Assembly: GCF_037902255.1 (NCBI RefSeq)
Contig: NZ_CP147990.1
Coordinates: 2,610,001-2,642,000, forward strand
Origin: Candidatus Electrothrix sp. GW3-4
Lineage (GTDB): Bacteria; Desulfobacterota; Desulfobulbia; Desulfobulbales; Desulfobulbaceae
Reading direction: 5' to 3'
Length of the DNA: 32,000 nucleotides
Shown here one piece after another: positions 1-8,706 of the stretch. Position 1 is the stretch's first letter, and each line of letters starts with the position of its first letter. A program made the position numbers and the translations under genes. Below the pieces are notes generated by a model. That model searched no databases and was not told the origin of the DNA. It saw only the letters and a list, made by a program, of their open reading frames with translations.

Positions 1-629
1 GGAATGACCTCGGTAGGTACCTTTTCAGTGACCCCATCTGCCAAAAAGATGTACAGCTGATCTTTATTACGCAACAGCATGCGATAACACCCCCCGGCCC
101 AGTCTTCCGTCATCAGGGTCTGCTCGCCCTTCAGCCAAACCTTGACCCGTGGATACCGGGAAAAATCATTTTTCTGCTGTTCCCTAAAGTCCTTGAGCCC
201 CTCCTGCGAACCAAGGTAATAAAAGATGAAGAACAACAACAGGAGGTAGAGGGGCGAGCCCACAAGGGTAACGATCCAAAGCCATAATGGATGTTTGATC
301 ACCTTGACAGGTTCTCCCTCCTCCTCTCCAAGTGTGTCGGCCTGATCAACAATGGTCTTTTTCTTCCACAGCGAACGAAGAAAAAAGTAGAGCCCAATAG
401 TCCCAAAACAGGTCAGCAGCGCAGGGATATTCCCTTGAAGTACCCAGAGGCTATAAACAAACAGGGTATCCCTGGTGACTCCAAGCTCGGTCACATTGAG
501 ATGAAAGCAAGAAAAATAATGATAGGCATAGGACCACCCCGCTGTATAGAGCAGGGCCACCACAATACCGGTGATGGCCCCGGCATCAAGGAGGTCTGCC
601 AGCGGAAAGGGATTACTCTTGCTTCGCAT
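1..629 (-). CDS. Hypothetical integral membrane protein (3' end cut by window edge)
   Basis: Not in the ORF track because it runs off the window. Reading the minus strand from the ATG at 629-627 gives an open frame to position 1 (MRSKSNPFPLADLLDAGAITGIVVALLYTAGW...HPLWLWIVTLVGSPLYLLLLFFIFYYLG...). It has several hydrophobic helices and a GGGAGGG SD-like run just upstream. The start overlaps the preceding gene's end by 17 nt. Confidence 0.55.
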   Translation of the reverse strand, partial: MRSKSNPFPLADLLDAGAITGIVVALLYTAGWSYAYHYFSCFHLNVTELGVTRDTLFVYSLWVLQGNIPALLTCFGTIGLYFFLRSLWKKKTIVDQADTLGEEEGEPVKVIKHPLWLWIVTLVGSPLYLLLLFFIFYYLGSQEGLKDFREQQKNDFSRYPRVKVWLKGEQTLMTEDWAGGCYRMLLRNKDQLYIFLADGVTEKVPTEVI

Positions 630-1125
630 CGTTCCCTCCCCGATCAGGCAAGCCAGGCCCCATCATAGGACTCAAGACCTCAGTGGTTTGCAAAAACGAA
701 ATACAGCGCTTATCGTCCCTTGCCAGCTTCTCCCATCTTGCAGTGGGCTCAAAAAACTGGGGTGGCTCATCTCTAATGGAACAGGTATAGAAAAGAACAG
801 CATCTTCCTCCTGCGGAGTGATCTCGGTACAGATCCGAATGATGTCGCGGACTTTATGATGAAAACAGACCCGCTCCGCCTTGACCACCACCCACTCGGC
901 ATTGGGCGTCATCGGCTGGACATTGCCTTTCTCATCCTTGCAGGTGTAACTGGCCGCGCCATCCTGCGCCCCCTTGATCTCCACACAGTCTTCCTTCAGG
1001 ATCTTATCCTGCACATGGAGGAAGGCCACCTTATTGCGCTCTGCCAGGGCAGCCCCTGGCAGCAGCAGCCAGAGGGTTGTCAGACTGATTGCTGCAACCC
1101 ATGTTCTTCCGCGTCTTCTCATCAT
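613..1125 (-). CDS. Hypothetical secreted Cys-rich protein
   Basis: ORF 613..1149, trimmed to the MMRRRGRTWVAAISLTTLWLLLPGAALA-ERN start. This is a positively charged n-region, a hydrophobic core and an AxA cleavage motif, i.e. a signal peptide. The protein has several Cys residues. It lies just downstream of eno on the same strand. I recognise no family. Confidence 0.6.
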   Translation of the reverse strand: MMRRRGRTWVAAISLTTLWLLLPGAALAERNKVAFLHVQDKILKEDCVEIKGAQDGAASYTCKDEKGNVQPMTPNAEWVVVKAERVCFHHKVRDIIRICTEITPQEEDAVLFYTCSIRDEPPQFFEPTARWEKLARDDKRCISFLQTTEVLSPMMGPGLPDRGGNDAKQE

Positions 1126-1142
1126 GTCCTTGCCCCCCTCTC

Positions 1143-2417
1143 CTACCAAAAATACAGCGCCGTTGTTCCCAGCTCCTGCTCAATCTCCAACAACCGGTTG
1201 TACTTGGCAATCCGTTCACTGCGGCTGGCCGACCCACTCTTGAGATGTCCTCCATCCATTGCCACGGAGAAGTCTGCCAAAAAGGTATCCTCGGTCTCGC
1301 CTGAGCGATGGGAAAGAAAATAACGCCAGCCTGCCTCCCGACACATGCGGATGGCCTCAATAGTCTCGGTCACGGTGCCGATCTGATTGAGTTTGATCAG
1401 GACCGAGTTGGCAGTCCCCTCCTTGATGCCCCGAGCGATGTACTCGGTATTGGTGACAAAGATATCATCGCCCACCACCTCGATCTTGTCTCCGTATTGG
1501 GCGGTGAATTGCTGAAAGCCCTGCCAATCCTGTTCTGCCAGGGGGTCCTCCCAGGAGATGATGGGGTATTTTGCCAACCAGGAACCGGCCAGCTCAATCA
1601 ACTGGCCCCGATCCATCCTCCCTGCCCCGGAACGCTGCAGGTCATAGGCCCCATTTTCCTCCAAGGCAAAGGACGAGGCCGCGCTGTCCAGGGCCAGGGC
1701 GATATCCTCCCCAGGCCTATAGCCAGCCTGCTCAATGGCCTGGATGATGGTCTCCATGGCCTCTTCATTACTGGCAAAATTAGGGGCAAAACCACCCTCA
1801 TCACCGATCCCTGTGGACAGGCCACGCTCATTAAGGATTCCCTTGAGCACATGGAAGGTCTCGGCCACCGCCCGCAGGCCCTCACGAAAGCTGGGTGCCC
1901 CAATGGGCACGGCCATGAACTCCTGAAAGTCGACACTATTATCCGCATGGGCGCCTCCATTAACGATATTCATACAGGGGGCTGGCAGACGACGTACTCC
2001 GGCCCCACCCAGATACCGGTACAGCGGAAGACCAGCTGCTTGGGCCGCTGCCTTGGCAACGGCCATGGACACCCCGAGGATAGCATTGGCGCCCAATCGT
2101 TCCTTATTCCTGGTGCCGTCCAGGGCAATCATCTGCTGATCAATAAGGGCCTGATCAAAGGGATCCATACCGAGCAAGGCAGGGGCGATGAGCTGGCGGA
2201 CATTCGCTACGGCCTGGAGCACCCCTTTGCCAAGATAACGTTTCCTATCCTGATCACGCAGTTCAATAGCCTCGTTTTCTCCGGTGCTGGCACCTGAGGG
2301 AACAGAGGCCGAGGCCGAGATTCCATTATTGAGCTCAACAAAGACCCGCACCGTGGGGACGCCGCGTGAGTCGAGGATCTCCATGGCCTGGATTGCAGAA
2401 AGAGTCGGTCGAGTCAT
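1143..2417 (-). CDS. eno: Enolase (phosphopyruvate hydratase)
   Basis: MTRPTLSAIQAMEILDSRGVPTVRVFVEL..., ...SHRSGETEDTFLADFSVA... and full-length colinearity with enolases. AAGGAGG SD lies 6 nt before the ATG at 2417. The 22-codon extension in the ORF track (to 2483) runs into the upstream repeat and has no SD. Confidence 0.95.
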   Translation of the reverse strand: MTRPTLSAIQAMEILDSRGVPTVRVFVELNNGISASASVPSGASTGENEAIELRDQDRKRYLGKGVLQAVANVRQLIAPALLGMDPFDQALIDQQMIALDGTRNKERLGANAILGVSMAVAKAAAQAAGLPLYRYLGGAGVRRLPAPCMNIVNGGAHADNSVDFQEFMAVPIGAPSFREGLRAVAETFHVLKGILNERGLSTGIGDEGGFAPNFASNEEAMETIIQAIEQAGYRPGEDIALALDSAASSFALEENGAYDLQRSGAGRMDRGQLIELAGSWLAKYPIISWEDPLAEQDWQGFQQFTAQYGDKIEVVGDDIFVTNTEYIARGIKEGTANSVLIKLNQIGTVTETIEAIRMCREAGWRYFLSHRSGETEDTFLADFSVAMDGGHLKSGSASRSERIAKYNRLLEIEQELGTTALYFW

Positions 2418-2436
2418 CCTATTCCTCCTTATGATT

Positions 2437-2606
2437 TTATATGAAAGTGGTCGGTGAAGCCAACCAGGCTTCCCACCTTTCATGTTTTGTTATCCCTCCC
2501 CAGAAGGGGGAGGGATGGGTATTATATGAAAGTACCGACGACTCCTTGGAGTCGTTGATCACCTTTCATGCTTTGTTGTCCCGCCCAAGGCGGGCGGAAT
2601 GGGTGT
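2437..2606. repeat. Two tandem 85-nt units, each with conserved arms (ATGAAAG / CTTTCAT) and two hairpins whose stems differ but stay complementary
   Basis: Unit 1 is 2437-2521 and unit 2 is 2522-2606. Shared blocks are TTATATGAAAGT, CACCTTTCATG(T/C)TTTGTT(A/G)TCCC and ATGGGT. Hairpin A is GAAGCC-aacca-GGCTTC (2456-2472) versus ACGACTCC-tt-GGAGTCGT (2538-2555). Hairpin B is CCCTCCCC-agaag-GGGGAGGG (2494-2514) versus CCGCCC-aaggc-GGGCGG (2581-2597). Confidence 0.85.
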
Positions 2607-2669
2607 TTATAATATAATATCAAGGGATAATCCTAAGACCGATACGGCGACAAAACAGCACAATAAGAC

Positions 2670-3524
2670 TTAGGTCATAAGGACCTCGGGCAGGGGATAG
2701 CCAGGGTCCCTCCCCCCCCAGTTCAGCTTATTACGAAGAATATCAAAATAGCCCTTATGCGGGGAACTGATCAGACGTAATGGCTTGGCCGCAGCCTCAA
2801 GAGAAAGAAAATCATTGGCATGCATGGTCCAGCCAAGGCGACCATCCACCATGATCTTGACATTGGTGGAGGGCGGGGCCAGTTGGGCAGTAACCCGGGT
2901 TTTTGGAGAGAGAAGAACCGGTCGGGATTCAAGCATGAAGGGACAGATCGGGGTCACGATGAGGGTCTGGAGTTCGGCATGGGCAAGGGGACCGCCTGCG
3001 GAGAGATTATAGGCCGTGGAGCCGGTAGGGGTAGAGATAATCAGGCCATCTGCCTTATAGGTGGTGATGTATTCCCGGTCTGCCCAGCAGCCCAGCCGCA
3101 TCATCGGCTCGGTGCTGCCCTTGACGATCACCACCTCGTTCAGGGCAAACATGGGGGGGCCAGCAGACTCGCCATACTCATCCAGGAGCTCAGCCCGGAG
3201 CATCATCCGTTCCTCAATGGTGAGCCCGCTGTTGAGGATTTCTTCCAGGGCCTGATACATCTCCTCGGCAGCCACTTCGGTGAGAAAACCAAGGTTACCG
3301 AGATTAATGCCAACCACCGGGATGCCGTGCCGGGCTGCCTGATCTGCCACATGCAATAAGGTGCCGTCACCACCCAGGATGGTCAGCATATCCATTTCCG
3401 GATCAATCCGATCCAGTTCTGCCTTTATTGAACGTCTTCGATACCAATCTGCCAGTTCCCGGCCCACCCGGAGAACCTCTGGCGAGTCCTTACGGGTGAT
3501 GATCCCGGCATAGCGAATATGCAT
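2670..3524 (-). CDS. nadK: NAD(+) kinase
   Basis: Carries the GGDGTLL motif (ILGGDGTLLHVA), NLGNLGFLTE and a C-terminal beta-sandwich pattern typical of PpnK/NadK. Length is 284 aa. Confidence 0.9.
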   Translation of the reverse strand: MHIRYAGIITRKDSPEVLRVGRELADWYRRRSIKAELDRIDPEMDMLTILGGDGTLLHVADQAARHGIPVVGINLGNLGFLTEVAAEEMYQALEEILNSGLTIEERMMLRAELLDEYGESAGPPMFALNEVVIVKGSTEPMMRLGCWADREYITTYKADGLIISTPTGSTAYNLSAGGPLAHAELQTLIVTPICPFMLESRPVLLSPKTRVTAQLAPPSTNVKIMVDGRLGWTMHANDFLSLEAAAKPLRLISSPHKGYFDILRNKLNWGGRDPGYPLPEVLMT

Positions 3525-3551
3525 ATTGTGTTTATCCGTCGCCCACAGGAC

Positions 3552-4364
3552 TTATTGCCCAAAGGACTTGGAACGCTCGGTTGCCGCCTCCACAGCGGTC
3601 ATAACCGTACCGCGCAGGCCCCCTTCTTCCAGAGCCTGAATCCCGGTAATAGTTGTACCGCCGGGCGAGGTTACCTTACCCTTGAGTACGGCGGCGGGCT
3701 CTCGGGTCTCCAGGGCCAGTTTGGCAGAACCGTACAGGGTCTGGGTCGCTAATTGCTCAGCCACTGGACGCGGAAGTCCAGACAGCACCCCACCGTCGAT
3801 CATGGCCTCAAGAAAGGTAAACACATAGCCTGGACCAGAACCACTCAAGCCGGTGACGGCATCAAGGAGATTTTCCGGCACTTCGATGCAGGTACCCACA
3901 GCGGAAAAAATCTCCTGGGCAATCTCCATGTCCTCCTGCCGGATATTTTCATTACCGCTCATGGCTGAAGCACCGGCCAACACCAGGGCAGGAGTATTGG
4001 GCATCACCCGGATAACACGCATATTCCCACCAACAACCTGTTCTATGCAGGAAAGAGGAATACCGGCAGCAATAGAAATAAGAAGATGATCATTCGTGAT
4101 ATGAGCACTGTACTGCCGCAGAACCGGCTCCATAATCTGTGGTTTTATCGCAAGAATGACAACCTGGCTCTTTTCCGTGACCTCAGCAGGTGTTTCCACG
4201 GCATTAACCTGATAGGTCTTATTAAGATATTCACGCCGCCGCATCATAGGCTCGGCAACAGTGATGTTGCCCGCCGCTGTTATCCCTGACTCTATCATAC
4301 CGCGAATCAGGGCTTCCCCCATCTGGCCTCCGCCAATCATGCCTACAAATAATGTTTCCTTCAT
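3552..4364 (-). CDS. proC: Pyrroline-5-carboxylate reductase
   Basis: N-terminal Rossmann motif MIGGGQMGEAL, RVMPNTPALV and VTSPGGTTITG motifs. AAGGAG SD lies before the ATG at 4364. Length is 270 aa. Confidence 0.9.
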   Translation of the reverse strand: MKETLFVGMIGGGQMGEALIRGMIESGITAAGNITVAEPMMRRREYLNKTYQVNAVETPAEVTEKSQVVILAIKPQIMEPVLRQYSAHITNDHLLISIAAGIPLSCIEQVVGGNMRVIRVMPNTPALVLAGASAMSGNENIRQEDMEIAQEIFSAVGTCIEVPENLLDAVTGLSGSGPGYVFTFLEAMIDGGVLSGLPRPVAEQLATQTLYGSAKLALETREPAAVLKGKVTSPGGTTITGIQALEEGGLRGTVMTAVEAATERSKSFGQ

Positions 4365-4910
4365 GGCTTCTCCTTATTTCTCTTCTCTCTACAGAATAAC
4401 AAAACTATAAAATCCACCCCAGGGGAGGTGGCTTTCCAGGACGACATAAACCGTTCTTTCCCTCTGAGGGGAAGGTATCGAACTGCGTGCTTTCTCAACA
4501 ATGCATTCCACAGCAGGAGGGCTATCCCAAATATTCGCCGTATTTTTTCGTCATCATACCAGCATATGAAAAAAAATCATCTCTCAATTACAGGAGCTGC
4601 TGAGAATAACCAGAGAAAAAGGTCCCCCAAAAAACCAGGGATACCCATAAAAAAACTATATTTCCAAAGGATCCTCCCTCCTTCTTTCGCCTTGAAAAAA
4701 ACTCACAAAAATATTACCATTCACTTGTTAAATTTATTGTACGTCCTTGTCCCTATGGCGGATCATCGGCACTGTCAACACAGAAGGCGCTCAGCTTGAA
4801 CCACTGCTTGCTTTAATCTGCCCAGATAATGCGTCAATAATGCACAACACACCATCCCGTTACTCAGCAGGAAGGAGGGGGGCATCCCCCTGTTAACTCA
4901 TAGGAGAAAC

Positions 4911-5795
4911 ATGAAGAAAATTCGCAAAGCTGTTATTCCTGTAGCCGGACTCGGCACCAGATTTCTACCGGCAACCAAGGCAATCCCCAAAGAGATGCTC
5001 ACCATAGTGGATCGCCCAACGATTCAGTACATTGTCGAAGAAGTGGTGGCCTCTGGAATAGAAGAGGTGATCCTGATTACCTCGGAAGGAAAATCGGCCA
5101 TTGAAAATCATTTTGACTATAATTATGAGCTAGATACCATCCTGAAGGAGAAAAAAAAAGATGCCTTACGAAAAGAGCTGGCCCAGACCTCTTCTCTCAT
5201 TGATGTTGTTTCAGTTCGCCAGAAAGAACCACTTGGTTTAGGACATGCCATCTGGATGGCTCGTAAGGTAGTGGGAGAAGAACCCTTTCTGGTCCTGCTG
5301 GGTGATGACCTTGTGCGCAGCCAAACCCCGTGTTGCCGGCAAATGATTGACCTCTATGAGCAGGTCAACGAGTCTATTGTGGCTATCCAACACGTCCCCA
5401 TGGATCAGACCTATCAGTACGGTATTGTTGAGGGAGAAAAGACCCATCTTGACCGCACTTACAAGGTAGAGCGGATGGTGGAAAAGCCAGCGCCAGGAAC
5501 CTCCAACTCTGATATGGCCATTATCGGACGCTATCTCCTGATGCCGGAGGTCTTTGCAGCCCTGGGGAAAACCAACCCTGGCCATGGCGGGGAGATCCAG
5601 CTGACCGATGCTCTCCAGTCCCTTACTGCTCAACGCGGCATGTATGCCTATGAGTTTGAGGGAAAACGCTATGATGCTGGAGACAAGTTGGGTTATCTCA
5701 AGGCGATTATCGATATTGCCATGGATCACCCCACCCTTGGTGAACCCCTGCGGGACCATATCACCTCTGTCTGTACCTGCGATAAGCACGGCTGA
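4911..5795 (+). CDS. galU: UTP--glucose-1-phosphate uridylyltransferase
   Basis: KAVIPVAGLGTRFLPATKAIPKEMLTIVDRPTIQYIVEE signature. AGGAGA SD upstream. Length is 294 aa. Confidence 0.9.
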   Translation: MKKIRKAVIPVAGLGTRFLPATKAIPKEMLTIVDRPTIQYIVEEVVASGIEEVILITSEGKSAIENHFDYNYELDTILKEKKKDALRKELAQTSSLIDVVSVRQKEPLGLGHAIWMARKVVGEEPFLVLLGDDLVRSQTPCCRQMIDLYEQVNESIVAIQHVPMDQTYQYGIVEGEKTHLDRTYKVERMVEKPAPGTSNSDMAIIGRYLLMPEVFAALGKTNPGHGGEIQLTDALQSLTAQRGMYAYEFEGKRYDAGDKLGYLKAIIDIAMDHPTLGEPLRDHITSVCTCDKHG

Positions 5796-5818
5796 TTGAT
5801 ATTCCGGCGACAGCCGCT

Positions 5819-8350
5819 ATGACCCTCTATGAAGTTGCTGTCGCCGCCCCTGTTTTCGGGAGTCTGACCTATGCGCAACCGGCTGACCTCACGATCTCCT
5901 TGCCGGTCGGCGTTCGGGTACTGGTCCCCCTGCGCAACCGCTTTATCACCGGCTATATCCTGGCGGCTCTGCCTTCCCCTCCAGACCTCCCTTATCAGAT
6001 CAAACCCATCTTTGAACGACTTGACCCGGCACCTCTTTTCCCAGAACAGCTTATCCCCTTTTTCCGTTGGCTTGCTGACTATTACCATTATCCATTGGGA
6101 GAGGTCATTCAGACCGCCCTCCCCTCCGGCCTCCGGGCCGGTTCCGGGCACGAGATCATCCTGACCGAGCTGGGGCACCAACAACTCCCCTCCGCACTGA
6201 CTTCCCTAAAAAACAGGGTCGCCTGGATGGACCGCTTACTGGCCCAGGGAAGGCTCTTACCAGGAACGGTAAAGACCATCCGAACCAAGCCCGCTCTACA
6301 GACCCTGTTGCGCACATGGCAAGCAGAGGGATGGATCAACATCAATGAAGTAATCGTCGCTCCCAAGGTCAAGGAAAAAACCGAAACCGTGGTTCGACTG
6401 GAGAATGAACTTCAGGAGTACCTCGCCCTGCCCCAGAATTACCAGGCAGCCGCTGAAGAAGGGCCTGGAGAAACGCTCCTTCCATCCTCCCCCTTAGTTG
6501 AGGGACTAAAAAAATCTGAACGCAAGACCCTGGATCTCTTCTTCCAGCATTGCAAGGGGCGCCCAACCCTGCCTCGCGCCGAGCTGACCCGACAATATTC
6601 CGGGGCAGGCAAGGCCCTTCACCGTCTTGCAGCAAGCGGCCTGATCAGCCTTGCAGAGCAACGGGTCTACCGGGACCCCTTTGGCAAGGTGCCCCCTTTC
6701 TTCCCAAAGCCGAAATCTCTGACCCCGGAGCAAGACCAGGCCATTGGCACGCTCAAGGAAGCACTTGATACGAATGGATTCCAACCCTTCCTACTGCATG
6801 GCGTAACCGGATGCGGAAAGACCGAGGTCTATCTCCAGGCAACAGAATACTGCCTCAACAAGGGAAAATCTGTACTGGTCTTGGTGCCAGAGATAGCCCT
6901 GTCATCCCAACTGGAGGGACATTTTTATTCTCGTTTCGGGGACACCCTGGCCATCCTCCACAGCGGTATCTCACGCGGAGAACGCTTTGACCAATGGCAG
7001 CGGATTCTTCAAGAAAAAGTACGTATTGTTATCGGGGCCCGTTCAGCGGTCTTTGCTCCACTTGCCGAGCCCGGCTTGATCATCGTTGATGAGGAACATG
7101 AAGCAGCCTATAAGCAAGACGATGGCCTTCGCTATAACGGGCGTGACATGGCCGTGTTACGGGCAAAGTTTGCCGATTGCCCGGTCCTCCTTGCCTCGGC
7201 AACCCCCTCTGTGACCAGTTTTTATCATGCTGAACAGGGAAAGTATCGTCTTCTCAGCATGACAAAACGGGTCCTTGATCAGGTTATGCCTAAAGTGAGC
7301 ATTATCGATCTCCGCGAAAAAAAACGGGCGCAGAAGAACGCCTTTTTTTCCAATCAACTCCTCACTGCCGTACAGGAAAATCTGGCGAACCAGCAGCAGA
7401 GCCTGCTTTTTGTCAATCGCCGTGGTTATGCTGCTTTCATGCTCTGTCGGGACTGTGGTTACATCCTCCAGTGTCGCCACTGTAAGGTCTCTCTCACCCA
7501 TCACCAAGGCGCGAACCGTTTACTCTGTCATTACTGCGGCTATTCAACAGCACCGAATCTTGTCTGCCCAGATTGCGGCTCCAGCTCAGTTATTGGCCTG
7601 GGGGTGGGTTCGGAACGAATTGAACAAGAGGTGCGCCAACTCTTTCCCAGCGCTGGTGTTGCCCGGCTGGATAGCGACACAACAAGGGATCGCAAGGCCT
7701 ATCTGCGCATTTTAGACCAGGTACGCAACCATGAGGTGGATATTCTGGTTGGTACACAGATGGTGGCCAAGGGACTCCATTTCCCAGCAATGACCTTGGT
7801 GGGTATCGTCTGGGCAGACAGCGGACTCGGAATTCCCGATTATAAGGCGGCGGAACGTTCCTATCAGCTCCTCGCCCAGGTCACGGGAAGGGCGGGACGA
7901 GGCCAATACCCAGGCCGGGTCATTATCCAGACCCATCAGCCACAGCATTATGTCATCGAATTCGCTCAATCCCATGCATATACAAAATTATATCGTCAGG
8001 AGCTGGCGCTTCGACAAGCCCTTACCTATCCGCCTTTTGGTCGACTGGTGAATATCCGTTTTAGTGGGAAACAGGAAGAAGAGGTAAAAAAAACAGCACA
8101 TGCGACTGCGGCCTTTTTTCGATCAGTGATCGCTGCGCATACAACAACATATAACCAGGTAGAAATCCTGGGGCCAGCCCCTGCGCCCTTATCCTTGATA
8201 CGACAACACTTTCGCTGGCAATTATTGCTCAAAAGCAGCATACCTAAATTTCTCCATCAGCTTTGCGACTTGCTTTTGAAAGAAAAAAGAATAAGTTACG
8301 GGAAGGGGGTCAGGATAGCAATTGATGTGGACCCAGAAAATATGCTGTAA
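5819..8350 (+). CDS. priA: Primosomal protein N' (replication restart helicase PriA)
   Basis: Walker A GVTGCGKTEVY, a DEEH box, and the Cys-rich zinc-binding insert CRDCG..CRHC...CHYCG...CPDCG. Length is 843 aa. Confidence 0.9.
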   Translation: MTLYEVAVAAPVFGSLTYAQPADLTISLPVGVRVLVPLRNRFITGYILAALPSPPDLPYQIKPIFERLDPAPLFPEQLIPFFRWLADYYHYPLGEVIQTALPSGLRAGSGHEIILTELGHQQLPSALTSLKNRVAWMDRLLAQGRLLPGTVKTIRTKPALQTLLRTWQAEGWININEVIVAPKVKEKTETVVRLENELQEYLALPQNYQAAAEEGPGETLLPSSPLVEGLKKSERKTLDLFFQHCKGRPTLPRAELTRQYSGAGKALHRLAASGLISLAEQRVYRDPFGKVPPFFPKPKSLTPEQDQAIGTLKEALDTNGFQPFLLHGVTGCGKTEVYLQATEYCLNKGKSVLVLVPEIALSSQLEGHFYSRFGDTLAILHSGISRGERFDQWQRILQEKVRIVIGARSAVFAPLAEPGLIIVDEEHEAAYKQDDGLRYNGRDMAVLRAKFADCPVLLASATPSVTSFYHAEQGKYRLLSMTKRVLDQVMPKVSIIDLREKKRAQKNAFFSNQLLTAVQENLANQQQSLLFVNRRGYAAFMLCRDCGYILQCRHCKVSLTHHQGANRLLCHYCGYSTAPNLVCPDCGSSSVIGLGVGSERIEQEVRQLFPSAGVARLDSDTTRDRKAYLRILDQVRNHEVDILVGTQMVAKGLHFPAMTLVGIVWADSGLGIPDYKAAERSYQLLAQVTGRAGRGQYPGRVIIQTHQPQHYVIEFAQSHAYTKLYRQELALRQALTYPPFGRLVNIRFSGKQEEEVKKTAHATAAFFRSVIAAHTTTYNQVEILGPAPAPLSLIRQHFRWQLLLKSSIPKFLHQLCDLLLKEKRISYGKGVRIAIDVDPENML

Positions 8351-8390
8351 GATAAAAAGAGAAAAAAAAGAAACACCCCGAAACGGGGTG
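8351..8390 (-). terminator. Intrinsic terminator oriented for the minus strand
   Basis: The minus strand reads CACCCCG-TTT-CGGGGTG followed by TTTCTTTTTTTTCTCTTTTT. On the plus strand the same hairpin has no downstream U-tract. Confidence 0.6.
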
Positions 8391-8672
8391 CTCTGTCCAA
8401 CTATAAAAATACCCCGGTAGGAAAAAAAAGGAGGAGTAAACCTACCGAGGCATAGGGTTGAACCTTATGATGCTTATTACGTATAAAAAACGAGCTCAAT
8501 ACATGCCCCGGCAGGAAAAAAAAGGAGGAGTAAACCTGCCGGGGCATAGGGTTGAACCTTATTTACAGAGAGTCTCAGCGGAGCTAACTGCCCCGGCAGG
8601 AAAAAAAAAGGAGGAGTAAACCTGCCGGGGCTATAGGGTTACGCACCCTATGCTATATATAAAAAAGGGGGA
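8352..8672 (-). ncRNA. Candidate ~300-nt small RNA with three anti-Shine-Dalgarno-like (UUUACUCCUCCU-run) hairpin loops; strand assignment tentative
   Basis: The minus-strand-only terminator at 8351-8390, the minus-strand TATAAT at 8683-8678, the absence of a credible CDS and the three structured repeats support this call. The ends are guesses. Confidence 0.35.
8412..8653. repeat. Three copies of a two-hairpin unit (10-bp GC stem with a ~20-nt A-rich GGAGGAG loop, then a small ATAGGG/CCCTAT hairpin)
   Basis: Copies lie at 8412-8467, 8506-8562 and 8591-8653. The stem is CCCCGGCAGG/CCTGCCGGGG in copies 2 and 3. Copy 1 has CCCCGGTAGG/CCTACCGAGG, a compensatory C:G to T:A swap. Confidence 0.9.
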
Positions 8673-8677
8673 AATAA

Positions 8678-8706
8678 ATTATATTTATTCAGAACCCTGT
8701 TGCATC
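8678..8706 (-). promoter_or_regulatory. Possible sigma70-type promoter for the candidate sRNA
   Basis: A perfect TATAAT lies at 8683-8678 on the minus strand. Only a weak -35 (ATGCAA/GATGCA) sits 16-17 nt upstream. Confidence 0.3.

Noticed and set aside
571-2297. Plus-strand ORFs 571..1323 (250 aa) and 1308..2297 (329 aa)
   Set aside because: They are antisense to enolase and to the secreted-protein gene. They carry no recognisable motifs, whereas the minus-strand products are clearly real.
2418-2483. N-terminal extension of the enolase ORF; similar extensions occur at 27578-27667 (EamA), 29121-29315 (hemerythrin), 19736-19846 (lipoprotein) and 31788-31970 (secreted protein)
   Set aside because: The internal ATGs match the conserved protein N-termini or signal peptides, and most are preceded by SD sequences. 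The extensions read through repeats or promoter regions.
4428-4799. 123-aa plus-strand ORF in the 545-nt proC-galU divergent intergenic region
   Set aside because: It has basic low-complexity composition, no SD, and A-rich runs typical of promoter or spacer DNA. I could not support a gene or a defined RNA here, though the long spacer probably holds divergent promoters.
5819-8350. PriA about 100 aa longer than the E. coli protein
   Set aside because: The extra length lies in the N-terminal winged-helix region, which varies among phyla. The helicase and zinc motifs are intact, so I do not consider it unusual.
8412-8653. Possible mini CRISPR array (three direct repeats with unique spacers)
   Set aside because: The repeats are 50-57 nt, too long for CRISPR. 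The spacers are unequal (38 and 28 nt). There are only three copies. The repeat is dominated by a 10-bp stem with a 20-nt A-rich loop, and there are no cas genes in the window. It is better explained as a structured RNA or repeat.
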